64,000 nucleotides of DNA from Lytechinus pictus (taxonomy: Eukaryota): NCBI RefSeq assembly GCF_037042905.1, contig NC_087250.1, forward strand, positions 14,076,001 through 14,140,000, in the 5' to 3' direction. Below are positions 27,563-41,147 of the stretch, one piece after another; position 1 is the stretch's first letter; each line of letters begins with the position of its first letter. The translations under genes were made by a program, and so were the position numbers. The notes beneath the pieces are model-generated. The model searched no databases. It saw nothing but the letters and a program-made list of their open reading frames with translations, and was not told the DNA's origin.

Positions 27563-28824
27563 AATAGTCATGAAGGGTCTATACAGAACATGGTTCTTTT
27601 GTCTGTGTCAATAGAGATGAAAATCCATTCAAACCAAACCCCTGCGTCTGTAGTGATGGTTCTGTGAGATAACATGGTTTGTGTCGTTGTTTGAAATACC
27701 CATGCATGTTTGTTTGTTATGTTTTTGCTTGTGCAGAGGTGTGTTTGATTCTATGTTAATCCCGACCTTTCGTTTGAGGACGCGCACGCTTATTTACGAC
27801 GGTAGTTGATTTTGGAAGAGACTTTTTGGGCCCGTCATCATGGTCGTAAAACTCTGTCCTGCAATGCAAATTTTGTGACATGAGATTATTTTTTTCGTTT
27901 CGCATCTGCGACGGAAACATTCAATTTGCGTTTCGTGTGCAAAATTCTGGTTGCTACTATGGTAACAGCGACATATCCGATTGAGGACGACTTTCCAAAG
28001 CCACATTTGACTCCTCCTAGAGCTCGAGAGGCCGCCCGGGGGACCCACTTCCATTGATTAGTGGATACCAGGAGCGAACACGCGTAAAAGGGGACAGAGT
28101 GGGCAGGTACGTTACTTATTGGCCTATGTAACGTAATAAGGGTGTCAAAACGATGTTTAAAATGCTGAAAAAAGGGATATATATCCAATACTTGTAGGGT
28201 TTCACAAGCCAAATACTTGTTAAGAGATGCATTTTCATAATCTGGACAAGAATTGCTTCCCTTGTTTAGGGTCAAGTACTTTTCGAAACCTCATGGTCGT
28301 GCCTGGTATCCACTCATCAATGGAAGTGGTCCCCCCGGAATTTGAATCTAATCCCCCATTTCTGGGGAAAGTAAAACATAATGCCCATTACATCGTGTGC
28401 GAGAGGCATATCGTTAGTGTAGAAGGAGTAAACAAAAGAAACAAAAGAAACAAAGAAACAAAAGAAACGAGTTCAAACGTATTGCATATGCTGTGCACAT
28501 ATCAACGCGTGCGAAATTTTCGGCTGGAGAGGTTGATCTGACCCATGAAATCAATTGCCAGTGATCCACCAATAATCCACATTAAATGTAATATCTATTC
28601 GATGGACTGTAATGATCTATATCTAAGCCTTCATTCAGTAAATTTTTCCTCACTCAATATGTACTCAATTTGTTTGAAAAACCACTCTCTTATCCATGTC
28701 ATAATCGATTTTAGGTCCTGCATTTCGAATATCTCCAGCCATCAGTCGTAATATACATGCATGTATGGTGGGTGTCGCGGAAAAGGATTTTGCACACGAA
28801 AAGCAGATCTGTAGGGCCTGTAAC

Positions 28825-28953
28825 CCCCCTGTAACACAAAGCTTAGCATTGATTGTAGAGCGGTTTTCTACGGTTGATTCTATTGACTATAATGCACAAT
28901 CAATCTTAAAAATCAAGTGTATGATTAAGCGTTAACTTTTGTATTAGGGGACC
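28825..28953. mobile_element. Small degenerate palindromic MITE
   Basis: CCCTGTAACACAAAGCTTAGC ... GCGTTAACTTTTGTATTAGGGG imperfect inverted ends. Confidence 0.5.
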
Positions 28954-28997
28954 CTAATATTAGCGTCCGTGAGGATTGCGAAAGGTCCCAAATGTTG

Positions 28998-29610
28998 ATC
29001 ACCACGGAAAAAAGAACAGTGACTTTCAATATTGCATCATTTTGCAACTTTTGAATTTTGACCTTGCCCCACATTTCAAGTCACTGCACCTCCATGTGAA
29101 TCATAATCAGTAGCGGACCGTGACCCGGAGGAGACAAAGCATTGGAGGGGCACTGTATTGTTTGTGAACAATGCTGTGCCCCCCAATGCTTTGTCTCCTC
29201 CGGGTCACGGTCCGCCACTGAGATTCATAATCATTTCATATATGGCATCATTTTAAAGAAAATTAAATGATCTATTCGTTGATATTAATTACACATTGAT
29301 ATTTACTAAAACCGATGAGGAATTATCGGTCAAAGTAAAAACAAAACCGCTGAGAAACTCACTCATCACCACGGAAAAAAGAACAGTGACTTTCAATATT
29401 GTGCCATTTTGCAGCTTTTGAATTTTGACCTTGCCCCACATTTCATGGCACTGCACCTCCATCTGAACCATAATCATATCATGTAGGGTATCATCTTAAA
29501 GATAATTAAATGTTCTATTCATTGATATTAATTACACATTGATATTTACTAAAACCGAAGAGGGATTATCGATCAAAGTCAGATTTCCAAACTTTTTTTG
29601 AGGAGTTTAC
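28998..29610. repeat. Tandem core repeat of the HINE-like family; inverted copy at 43010-43405
   Basis: caccacggaaaaaagaacagtgactttcaatattg at about 29000 and 29367. Positions 43013-43400 are the reverse complement of about 29240-29610. Confidence 0.75.
29108..29220. mobile_element. 113-bp near-perfect hairpin MITE (CAGTGGCGG-type ends)
   Basis: CAGTAGCGGACCGTGACCCGGAGGAGACAAAGCATTGG ... CCAATGCTTTGTCTCCTCCGGGTCACGGTCCGCCACTG, inserted into one unit of the tandem repeat. Confidence 0.85.
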
Positions 29611-31382
29611 ATGTACATCTGGTAAGTCTGTAGTGCGGAAGTTGTTGGCAGATGCTATTTCGTTGTTTCGGTTGCTAAATCAAACAAATCCCTTGAATGT
29701 TTTTTTTTGTGTGAAGGGCAGGTCATATTTTTATATAAAAGGGTAAATCCCATACTATCTACTGCGTTTTGTTAGAAGTCTGTATCAGGGTCACGATATT
29801 ATTCCGTTACAATTCATTAAACATTAAGTCGCGTTCTCTCGTGAAAACCGATTTCTTCCATAGACATTGTGTACAAACTGTTGCTGATAATGTGTGCATT
29901 GAGTATTAAAATATACCATGTGTTCGTATCGGATTATCTCGAAATTTTCTGTTGTAACCTATGTCGAGTTTGGTATCACTGGAAAGAGCATTTCAATGCT
30001 GTGACATTGTATGCACTTTTATAAGCAATAGACTGGAAGTAAATGGGATATAGAAAAAGACATTAAAAATGAAAATTTTCACAATAATTTTAAGCTCATG
30101 TCAGCTCTTTATCTGTTTCTGTTACAAAGGGTTGACGACCGGTTGTAGTATATATCAATACTGATATCTGTCAAGTTGGAAAGAATGAGCTTCAATAATA
30201 AAGAAATAAGAGCGAATTGAAGTTGTTTTGACATTATAGTGTATCTTTGCGTATTTTGGTGATATTCGGGAGAATTTTTCAGATATTTAATGGCTTAAAG
30301 GGGCATTTCTTGAAGTACCTTAATCCAAGAAAGGGTACGGATTTGACCATCCATGACGTAATGACGACTAATTAGAGATAATCATTTTTAAAATATTAGA
30401 GGGCGCTATCTCAATAACGGAAAATTATGGATGCGTAAAAACAAACTAGCATGTATAATATGATGCAATAAACAATTCCTGTGAATTTGAGATCTAAATA
30501 AATAGACACAAGAAAGTTATTGCCATTTTACGATTTTCTGACATTACATTTCAATAAATATGAAGTTTTTGAAGGAAGACTATTTCGGATTTGAATTTAG
30601 GCGTAAATATTCATATCTGAATGACACGCGCCTTAAAACCTAAGTTAACAACAACAACAACATTAGGGCATGAAGATGTCATTTTGAAGGGCATATGTTA
30701 TGGCCGCGTGTGATAGAGCAACTCTTTGACTATCTATTGCAATTTGTTAGAAGTCTTTAGCATGCAGGATAATGGAGATATGAAAGAATAATGAATGGTA
30801 TACAAATGTACTTGAACTTGACAAAATGGCGCCTGCACGGTCATGCATTGATTTTGGAAAATGAAATACATGGTGCACAACAATGGGTCATGGACAACAT
30901 GTGTACCGAATGTAGGAGAATTTAGATAAGGCAGGGCTCACAAGAACCACGTGTTAAAGGGGGAGTGAACAGTGGTCTCTCATTGACTGTGTTTTATAAA
31001 TCCGTAGTCTTCAAATACATGTTTTCAGATATCTACTAATACTACAGAAAATAAATTGACCTATAATTGTATTTGTATAGAGAAACTAAAGTGTTTTGAG
31101 AGGAAAAGTAATTGTTTTGCTACTTTTTAACATAATGATTGCGGTATAAAATTAATGTATTGAGTAGTTAATTAGCATGTTATCATTCAAATGGGTCTAT
31201 AACACTAGACTAAACTAGCATTATGGGTCAGGAAACTGGCAAGGTATGAGTTGTTCAGGACTCGAGATGGCGCTATTGGTTTGTATCTGCTTTAAACGAA
31301 TGTGATTTTGTGGAAGAAGAAGCAGACAGAAGAAGAAGACGGAATACGAATACGGAACAATAACAAGGCATTGTCGCCATAA

Positions 31383-31657
31383 TGATAATGGTAAAATAAC
31401 GGTATATTTACCCAGGTTAGCCACTTCAGTTCCGAAAACTGTTCTCCCAGCAGGCCCTGCTATTATTATTACCTGGCTAAGCTAGGCTGCCGATTCAGGT
31501 GCACGTAACTTTTTGAGGAATTATTTCCTGCCGGTACCTATTTACCTCACCTTGGTTGAGTGCAGCACAGTGTGGATAAACACGCCACGGCTAGGTTTCG
31601 AACCCACGACCCTCTTTTATTTGAAAGGCGAGAGTCAGAACCACTAGACCACGACGC
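31383..31657 (-). mobile_element. tRNA-derived SINE
   Basis: On the minus strand: A box TGGTCTAGTGG, B box GGTTCGAAACC, a central CACTCAACC.AGGTG..TAAAT.GGTACC block of the kind seen in invertebrate SINE cores, and a (ATT)n-like tail. Confidence 0.8.
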
Positions 31658-32019
31658 AACCACTGAATGAATATCTTTTTTTAGGGGTTTTGGGGTATGG
31701 AAAATGCAATTCTGTTATTAGGTGGTCGGTCATGAATATGACAGATCACCTTTTAATTTCGTCAGAATTTTCTTTATTTATTTTTATTGCCAAATTTGTT
31801 GCCACTTTATCTCCAAATCGGGCATGTCAATTTTCTTGATTTTCATGTCATGTATGAATATCATTATGGAAATGTTCTGCGAAGCTTTTCAGTGTCATCA
31901 AATTATGATGACGTCATCTAGGCGCCATTTTGTAAAATTAAATAATTGATCATATCATCGCAACAAATCATAAAAAATCATCCATATTTGCATCATATCA
32001 AGTTCAGGGGACAGGTCAT

Positions 32020-33519
32020 CAGGGGCCTATTTCATAAAGGTACAGCGTCAGCGTCAAGTCCCAAAACAGCGTCAAATTTTCACTTGCAGCGTCAAATTTA
32101 ATATTTGACGCTGCAGCGCATTTCATAAAAAGTTGACGCTCAAGTAGGAGCGTCAACTTTTTACTGGAGCGTCAAATAGGGTTAAATATTTGACGCTGGT
32201 CATGGGGGAGCGTCAAGTTGACACTGTAAAGGGTTTTTCAATGTTAAGAATGGTGTACGTTTGCTCAGGCATGCCCAAAGGGCTCTTACAAGAGAACATA
32301 TATTTAGAGCAATGTCTGTGATAATGCTAATAAAGGATATATTAAGGTAATGCTTTCTAGTAGAAATGCTGTTTCTTTTTTTTTTGGCCTACCTACCAAA
32401 AAAAAAAAGTTAAAAATTCCTCCGAAACAGCGAATCTTTCAGTTTATCCCAGGGCAGGCCAAGGAAAAAAAAGGGAAGTTATAGACAGACTTAAAAAAAA
32501 AAGACAAATGGAGATGATTTTTTTCTTGTAGGAGAAACTAGAGGAAGGTAGATCTATTATGTGGAAGTGTTTAATTTAAGGGCTAAATTAAAAAAGTCCT
32601 AGGCCATAAAAAAATGATAAATTGCTTTTTTTTTCTGTTTCTGACTTTCTCAAAAAAAAAAGTCGTGGCCATTGTTGAATCCATTTACTGAATGGTTATT
32701 CGCTGTTGAAACCGATAACTTGAAATATTTCCATTATGAACAAAAATAATCTTTTAAGGTCATTTTCGATGTTTCATGCATAATTAGAGCCTACAAATTT
32801 ACTTGCTTCATGGTGATTTTTAACAGCACTGCACCAGCAGTGGCCTTGTTGTTGATACAACCTTGCATTACCGACACAAATAGTTGAAGGTGAAATTTCG
32901 ACCGGCAATAATGATACATTTTCACTTTTTTCAAAATAGTTTTTTCCATGGCATAGGGCTTAAATACATCAATTCTCTGAAAACTTACACAATGGAGAAA
33001 CAATGCTATGTCATCCTATGAAAATTAATATTTTCTTCTTACTCTCTTCCAGAATTGCAAGCCATCACCATAGAGCCATCACTATGCTTCAACGGCTAGT
33101 CTTATGCTGCAGACCCTGTTTGCAGCTGCTAAATAACAATTTCGCTCCCGAAAAAATTAATGAGCAAAACCAAAAAATATTCTCTTTCAATTTTTTTCTT
33201 CTTCTAATTTTGCTTCTCAAAGGTGGGGGGGGGGGGGCACGGGCCGGCTGTGCCCCCCCCCCCCCGGATCCGCCAGTGCTTTCTACCTAAACTTGTGACT
33301 TGAATTTAAAAAAAAAACTGGAGAGAAAGGGGATTTCCCCCTAATCAGCCTCGTACATTACTATTCAAATAATTTGCTGGAAAGTCAAACTGACTTTCCA
33401 GCAAATGTGCTTTTATGAAATGCAAAGTTGCTAGCATAGCAAGCAAAAGCTGCTATTCTACCAGAGTTGCTATCATAGCAACTTGCTATGATAGCAACTC
33501 TTTATGAAATGGGCCCCTG
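32020..33519. mobile_element. Harbinger-like ends enclosing 1.5 kb; possibly a chimera of two MITE halves
   Basis: CAGGGGCCTATTTCATAAAG ... CTTTATGAAATGGGCCCCTG. The subterminal repeats differ (GCGTCAA on the left, TAGCAAC on the right). Confidence 0.55.
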
Positions 33520-33737
33520 GACATGTCATCAGGGGTCATGCAAAATTTAATTCTTCTGAAATATATTTCACCTACATATAACTTTCTACCCCCACACTGA
33601 AAGTCACTATCACCTTTGAAAAAGGAGCTGTGAAATGGCTCAACTTGCCCCATCTGTGGGGTAAGTTGAGCTACCTTCTGGGTAAGTAGAGCCACAAAAA
33701 CTATGTACAAAATGTATGGGGGAAGAATCAGCATGTC

Positions 33738-33825
33738 ACGGGGTCCGACCACTTGACCGAAGGTCCGCGAGACCGAGGGTCCGCGAGACCAAGGGCGCGC
33801 GAGACCGAAGGCCCGCGAGACCGAC
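33738..33825 (+). repeat. 17-bp GACCGAGGGTCCGCGA-type terminal repeats; inverted partner at 42432-42492
   Basis: About four units here and about three reverse-complement units (TCGGTCTCGCGGACCC) at 42.44-42.49 kb. Confidence 0.8.
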
Positions 33826-34469
33826 ATTTTTTCCTTCATCAGGTGACGATTGGTTTAAAGCGCCTCGTTGAAGCGGCGTATGCCTGTTTTCGGGGGGGGG
33901 GGGGGAGAGCCAAAACATTTCCCGGTAGTGGGCTGTAGTGAGCACGCGAATCGTGCGAAACACTTACTGCGCGCATGAAAGGGCTCTCTGAGGGGGGGGG
34001 GTGTTTCCGATAATTACAGTATAAACTTACGTTGCCTAATTTCACTGACACTACTTAATCATTACCTCTACTCATTTAACGTTTATTTTTATGGTAATTC
34101 TGCTTCATGATCTTGTGCATTAAATGTTTAACAAGAAAACTGGAAATATTAAGGAAAAACATACACCTGGAACATTGAACCTTTATTATGGGAAATCCCA
34201 TCTTACATGTCTTAGCATTTTTTTTCATTTAAACAACCAAAAATAAGAAGAACAAGAAGGTGACAATTTTAAGAAAAGAACGTACATTAATTTGTCACTC
34301 AATCAAGAGCGCCGGTTTAAATCAGTATTCATCCGGGAAGCCTGTCCTCGAGGAATGGTCCTCCGGGAAAATGTTCATGGGGGAGTCGCCCTCCGGAGGA
34401 TTAATCCTCTCGGGGAGTTGTTCTAAAACCCATTTTTTTATTATTGTTGTTACTCTTTTTGTTATCATG

Positions 34470-34650
34470 ATAGCAGCAGCAGCAGTAGTAGAATTAGAAG
34501 TCGTAGTAGTAGTAGTAGTCGTAGTAGTAGTAGTAGTAGTAGTAGTAGTCGTTGTAGCAGTTACATTATTATTGTTGTTTTTATCATCATTATTACTATC
34601 ATTATCATAATCATTATTATTACTATCATTTAAGTCGTTATTATTATTCG
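34470..34650. repeat. (GTA)n/(ATT)n microsatellite
   Basis: Direct inspection. Confidence 0.95.
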
Positions 34651-35395
34651 GCGTTTTTGTTTTGCTTTGTTTCATTTTGTCTCCTTTGTTTTATTCATCG
34701 CTTTAGTTTATTCAATCAATTTTTAAAACCGACGCTCCAAAGAAATGGATGAATACTTTTTAAAACCAGACAACTTTTTATAAACAGTCCAATATGTTAA
34801 AGTTATTTCTCTGAATTTTGCACTGCATTAATTCAAAATCAACTCATCTCACATGTCTACTCGACTAGGAGATTGTCCACTTAGACTCTCCGGCTCTTCC
34901 CAGCAGTTTAATTGTTAGTTTGTTTTGTTTTTCTGTTTCTGTTTTTTTTGGGGGGTCCATTTTAACCTTCCAACGAGTCAGTTTTTCAGAACAGTCACTC
35001 TGGATGCAACCTCATGAATATTTATGAATCACTTTAGCGTGAACTTGTGACCGTTGTCGCAATGCTCAGGCCAACAAATGATCAACTACATGCGTATTTT
35101 CCTAGAATACGGTGAATACATAATAAGAAAAGTTCGTCATGCAGCTGGCAGAAAAGGGGGCAGAAAGCGAAGGGTAGCATGCGCGAGCTCTAATTTCAAT
35201 TTTTCTGTCTGGCAGAAAGATGTTAGCTTGAGCGCTCTTTATGTGAATTGTACGGTGTGAGCGGGAGTTAACGCCCTTCTGGCAGACTCACGACGAAATT
35301 AACATTCACGATATGTACCATCCCACTTGACCAATGGCATGTACCTGAGAACGGGCACATATTTCATTTTATCTTTCATTTTATCTTCTGTCAAA

Positions 35396-35594
35396 ATGGC
35401 TCAAGAATTAGACGCATGTGTCAAAGCCGGGATTGGGAGGGGGCTCGTTCTAGTTGCTCATGGCCACAGATATCACAAAAACAAAGTAAATGTGGCATCT
35501 ATATCTTGGCGTTGTTGGAGGAAGCAATGTCAGGCACGAGCAACTACAAATGTTTTCCAAGTTGAGGATGGGGCTCGTCCAAATAAGGATGAGG
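35396..35594 (+). pseudogene. FLYWCH-type zinc-finger exon, probably from a MULE/Mutator element
   Basis: ATG in an AAAATGG context. Peptide GRGLVLVAHGHRYHKNKVNVASISWRCWRKQCQARATT fits the FLYWCH pattern L...G.RY.K......WRC....C.AR..T. Ends at a perfect donor G|GTAAGT. No downstream exons recognised. Confidence 0.65.
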
Positions 35595-36364
35595 GTAAGT
35601 ATTCTGTATAAAGTTCCATTAAAAGATAACATGCCGCATGGCCTCAGTCCCCCACCTTACTGGGTATTCCCACAGATGATGACAGATCAACGTGATTTCG
35701 AGACTTATACAAGAACTGAAAGATGCGGATCGATTGCGTCATTACATAGCCAGAGGGGGCGGAGTATCACCCCCAAGAAAAAAAAACACACATTAATTCT
35801 TCAACCGGGCTGGAGACAAAAAAAAACAAATACAACACAAAACAAAAGCAAACAAAGTGAGAGCAAGGGGGAAGGGATTGTCGAAATGTCGAAAGGGTGG
35901 GTGAGCAGAGCGGGGATGGCCGCACCCTATCGAGAGAAGCCCCTTCTCCCTTTAGCAGCATTTCTTTTGATACAAAATCACCCATACCATTTATAATTTA
36001 TGTTCATGCATACGATCAATTTTTATGGTGATTTGCTTCTTGTCAGGTGAAACTGCATCAAGACTCTTTTGTATTGTATGCTGATATCACATGCGGTATC
36101 ACATTGTGTTCTTATATAGACTATGCTTATGTTATGAATTGCATTTATATGATTCATGTTATACAAACACATTCTTGTAAACATGTATTATACATATATT
36201 CATTCATGTAAATATGTTAATGTTGTTAATAAACTCAACTCAAGATAAATTAATAAACACCTACTCATAGGAACTGGGGAGGGGGCTTGTCTCGAAAGGG
36301 TGTGTTGAGTACACCGGCGTAAATCCACTTTGAGGAGTGGGGGATGATCCAGTTTTTATCCCCC

Positions 36365-38730
36365 CATAGGCGGATCCAGGGGGGGACTGAGGGGCCCGGC
36401 TTCCCCCCCCCCCCCCATTGGCGGAGCAAAAAAGAAAAAAAAAAGAAAGAAAAAAAGAGGGAAAAGAGAAGAGAAAAAAAAAGAGTAGGAAGACGAGTAA
36501 ATAAAATAAGATGAGATGAAGACTTGAAAAAAAAATCTTTCATGTCACTGTATAAAATTTTCGCTCGCACTTCGCGCTCGCAATGCCTGTCAGGTGATTC
36601 ACATATCTTGTTCAACATGGAGCTTAAATATCAAGTTTGGAAGTCAATATACAAAACATATTTCTCCTTGGAAATCGAACTTTCATTAATTTGTGCGATT
36701 TACAAATTTATTGTTAAAAAAGTGCTCTGCTGTAAAAATGTCAGTTTTATGGTCTGAATATTAACATTTTCTGCTCGCGCTGCGCGCTCGCGAAATTGAT
36801 TTATCAGGTACCTATTATTTTCATGTATTCCCTAAGGTTTTCAAAATATCCCTTTTCAGGTCTGATTGTCAAAACGTTTCAGCTAGCGCTGCCATGGTTG
36901 CATTTTGATTTGCGAGTTATTTATGTCTCAACAAACTACTTAAAGGAGAATGAAACTCTTGGAGCAAGTTAGCTTTTGTGAAAGCAGAAAAATAAAAAAA
37001 TAAGATCAACAAAACTTTGAGTAAAATAGGACTAGCAATAAAAGAGTTATGAGCATTTGAATGTCGAGATCACTAATGCTATGGAGATCCTCCCTTTGGC
37101 AATGCGACCAAGATCTGTGATGTCACACACGTACAACTCTCCCATTTGGACACTGAAAATATACCCCAAAACATCTCTTTTTGCTCATTCTAATCATATG
37201 ACAAACGATTCATCAATGATATAATGTTGTGAAACCTCTGTACTTGTCATCTCGTAAAGAGAACACCTCACCTTGTGATAGACTCTATAAAAGTGAGAAT
37301 ATAAGTGAAATAAGTACTAAAGTAATGAGGGAGTTGTACGTGTGTGATATCACAGATCTTGGTCGCATTGCCGTTGGGAGGATCTACATGGCACTAGTGA
37401 TCTCAATATTCGAATGCTCATAACTTTCTTATTATTCATTCAATCTTCCTCAAACTTTCAACAATATGTTTCTTTGATGTTTCTCTTTGATATGGATTCA
37501 GCTGGTTTCAAGGGTTTCATTCTCCTTTAAAATCCCCTTTCATGGCAGTTTATAAAAAAATTTCGGCTCTCGATTTGCGCTCGCATTAATGGTTAAAAAT
37601 ATATCAACTGATTACTGAAGCATCCTATTCATAATGATAAAAGTGCTTGAAATATACATTGTTCAGGCCATAATATCATCAGATTCCGCGCCCTCATTAT
37701 GCATTAATAAATAAGGTATCAATTCAATAATTAAATTGTCCCTTTTGTTAATCTCGCGCTTAGCAAGATGAATAGGAAGATATATAGTCATCATATTCAT
37801 ATGATAACATGTCCTAAGGATGTCATGGTCCTTTGTCCCAAACTCAAAGTAATAATGAAAAATATCAGCTCTTTATCAAGTGCGATTTATATCCACCTTA
37901 CAGTTTTCCTACAAAGTGTTTGAAATATAAAGCTGAAATTGACCCCCTTTTTCAGATCGGAATATCAAATAAATTTTTTTTAAACTCGCGCTTCGCGCTC
38001 ACCTTTATTTTCATGATAAGAGATGTATTTAGAATGCCTAGATTCTATGTCTAAATCTGAAACACGCGCGCGCATGTTCATTCAGTTATCCAGTTTCAGA
38101 TCACAATATCAAAAACTTTCTGCTCGCCCTTTGTGCTCAAATTATTAATTTAGGAAGATCCCCTCTTACTCATCCTTTTCATGATTTACAAAACATGAAT
38201 AGTGTCCCGTTCTAGGTCTAAAACTAGAATTTTTCCGCTCGCGCTTCGCGCTCGCATCAATTGTTTAGTTATGTAGCTATCCTTTCATGATTACAAAAAT
38301 TAATTAAAGTTTTCCATTCTTTATGTAGAAATGTCAAAAGTTTTCAGCTCGCACTTCGCGCTCGCATCATTTGAAGTATGTAATATCTTCATGGCTAACT
38401 GCAAGCAGTCTTTAACAGATAGGCCTATACCTTTCCGATCAGTTCAAAACGTGTATCAAAAATTTCTGCTCGCGCTTCGCGTTCGTAGAAATTATTGCAG
38501 GCACATCTTTTTTTCAGAATGTTCAAATTTTAGGAAAAAATACATACAGTTTTAAAAAAATTTGCTCGCGCTTCAGGCTCGCATTATTAAATAAGGATTA
38601 TGATATTATATATTTACGTTGATTTAAAGAATAAAGCTAAGAAGTGACTTCTAGGACTACCCCCTTCAAAGAAACAAACAAAAAATCATCTTCGAGCGGC
38701 CGATCGGGGAAAATATGGCTGAAAAAAAAT
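36365..38730 (-). mobile_element. GCGCGAAGC-family element copy with a nested TTAA MITE; far terminus missing
   Basis: Starts CATAGGCGGATCCAGGGG and is colinear with 9614-11450 through cgagcggccgatcggggaaaatatggctg. Confidence 0.85.
36944..37526. mobile_element. Kolobok-like MITE (TTAA TSD)
   Basis: TTAA|AGGAGAATGAAAC ... GTTTCATTCTCCT|TTAA with long imperfect arms. Confidence 0.88.
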
Positions 38731-39580
38731 TGTAATAAGTTATAAAGCCACATCTTAATCTGGAATTTGCACCGATCGTTTCATAGTTCTTAGCTTCTTG
38801 TTAGTTGAATTGTTATAAAATAACAGGTTTATAGGTCCTACTTGACAGTGTTAGTGTTGATAGTTGCGTTATCGACTTTCAATATTTCTACCTATGAAGG
38901 TTTTTTTTTTACGTTTTATCTTTTTGCCTGATTTCTTTCCTGAAATTAAACCCAAAATTAATAAAATAAAAAAATCAGATCCGAGTTGGAATCTGAGATA
39001 TTCAGCATTTGTGATTATTATTACTTATCGTGTTCAATTGTTCTATGAAAACTTAGTATGAGGGCCAGTTTACACATTTTCTGATGCGTATATGCATAGC
39101 CAAATGGGAGGTTTCGGGTGCAAGCCCCCCCCCCCCCCCCATTTTTCATGATGCAGAAAGCGCCGCTAAACAAAAAAAATGAAATAAGAAGAAAGTGAGA
39201 GAATAGGAGAAAGAGCAATATAAAAAAGAAAGAAAAAGTTATTAACGTAAGATAAAGTAGAGAATATTTCGAAAACCTGTGCTACGGACAAAAACTTACA
39301 AAGAGTCCCGCTTAATTCTAACATTGTTGCTGGAGAGAAGGGGGGATTTTCTGGGGGTAACTGTCCAGGGGTAATTGTCCTCGGGGGTAATTGTCCGGGT
39401 AGTTGTCCGGGGGGTAATTGTCCTAGAACTCTTTTAAATTATACCTGGCCGTGAGGCGCAACCTGCCCCAAAGTTTTACCCGAGTCTCTCAACTTAACAT
39501 GCCTAAATGCGTAACCCTATACCCCAAATAATGGGGCTTATTAATGAATGAACAAAAGCAGTGTAAAAGAAAAAGGGTCG

Positions 39581-40108
39581 TTTTTTCTCGCCCACCAAAG
39601 TTGAAGGCGAGACTTAAGGATGCAAATGTCGTCCGTCGTCCGTCCGTCATAAACCCAATGACACATAACTCCACAACCATAAGTCGCTTTTCAACCAAAC
39701 TTGGATGGTAGATGGACTTGGGGGACCTGCTTATTATGCTGAAGTCAGAAGTCGCATAGTGAGGTCAAAGGTTATTTTCAGGTCAACGTTAAAGTTTACA
39801 TGCAAGACTCTCTTATGACACCTAACTCCGCAACCGTAAGTCACTTTTCAACCAAACTTGGATGGTAGATGTACTTAGGCGACCTGCATGTTATGCTGCA
39901 GTCGGAGGTCACATGGTAAGGTCAAAGGTCATTTTCAGGTCAACATTAAAGTTTACGTGCAAGGCTCTTATGACAAGTGTTGTTCCATCCCAAACATTTT
40001 ACAATGAAGTTTCGATACAATTCGTTACAATTCTGCGTGCCCCCGCAAATCACGATATTTCTGGTTATTTCCATAAGTGGGCGAAACACAAAATCGCTTT
40101 TGCCTTGT
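39581..40108 (+). mobile_element. Complete Helentron-associated (HINE/DINE-1/Tsp-like) element with about two 157-bp core units
   Basis: T-run, subTIR TCTCGCCCAC with nearby inverted GGCGAGA, a (GTCC)n microsatellite, core repeats, a 3' subTIR GTGGGCGA, and terminal AAAATCGCTTTTGCCTTGT. Confidence 0.8.
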
Positions 40109-41147
40109 ATTTGTAAGATAGAAAGAAAAGAGCACTGAACGCGTTTGCGAAGGGGCATTTCTCATGGGAAAATGGGAATCCTTTGAAGGTTCTTGATAGA
40201 GTGAGGGTCCTTTTTTTGGGAGGGGTACCCCTTGGCCACTGAGAGTATAATGGTTTTCGGTTGCAAAGGTCTTAGCACTGGAACATGGAGATTGTCTGAT
40301 ATAGACTAAAAGTAAAAACTCTTTTTAAAGCAATAAAACATGATAAACCTAATATTTGTTTCCATTATTGTCGTTATTATTCACCATTATTATCATTATC
40401 ACATACAAATATTGGTATTTTTATTGATATTATTATTGTAGAGGAAGCGTGAAAGAGGAAGGACATAAGATAGAGAGGAAAAAAGAAATCTAGATGAAGA
40501 CAAAAAAATGGTAGATAAGGTAAATGATAATAAAAATGGCCGTAAAAGGGAAGGAAAATAAATTAATAGAAGCGCCGAGTTCACCTAGAGCATAGAGATA
40601 AGACGTAGACAAAAATCACGAAGGAAAAAAAAACGAAATTATATAGGAATAAGATGTTAACAAAATTAAAGAGAACATAGAAGGAGAGAGAGAGAGGGGG
40701 GGGGGGGGGTCAAGAGGAACGATATAATAAATTGAAAGTAAAAGAGCTGTGAGAAAAGTACAGAGGAAAAAAACTTGGAAGAATATCCAATTTATTTGAA
40801 TGTGCTCTGTGTCTGTCAGTGTTTGGGATGAGTGTGTGCGTTTCTATGCAAAATATGGTTAGGATATTTCTGGAAAAAAAATCTTTAAATTTGCAACAGC
40901 CCAACTCGGATGCGGCGGCACTGTATTTTTTGTTCATCAGTCTAATTTGGTTTCACCTCGGTTGTGTAGATTTCTTCAGAGACTATAATATGATTTCGTT
41001 AGACGATGAAGTGAGAGAGGGGATGGGGTGTCCGATTTCGTAGTATTATGAAAAGCATTTTTACAGACTATTCCCAGTCTAATAATACTCCGGCAGAAGC
41101 TGAAATTTTATCTATAAAAAAAATGATGTTAAAAAGGGATCTGTTAA

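Larger units (their letters stand above)
22533..31382 (-). mobile_element. Cluster of Helentron/HINE-like non-autonomous elements, partly head-to-tail
   Basis: One end type, ACTA(G)AACT..ATCG..GAACGAT..TGCATTGACGCC (hairpin plus subTIR), occurs at about 22533, 23662 and 26907. The other end type, (GAA)n..CGGAATA..GCATTGTCGCC..GGCGTCAATGCA, occurs at about 26095-26240, 26870-26900 and 31314-31380. Shared internal blocks: 22870-23640, 25760-26100 and 29810-30960. Confidence 0.65.

Noticed and set aside
31585..31657. Possible tRNA gene
   Set aside because: A and B boxes are present but the cloverleaf is degenerate and it continues into a SINE body and tail.
34260..34675. Poly-Val and poly-Thr/Asn ORFs
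   Set aside because: Trinucleotide microsatellite.
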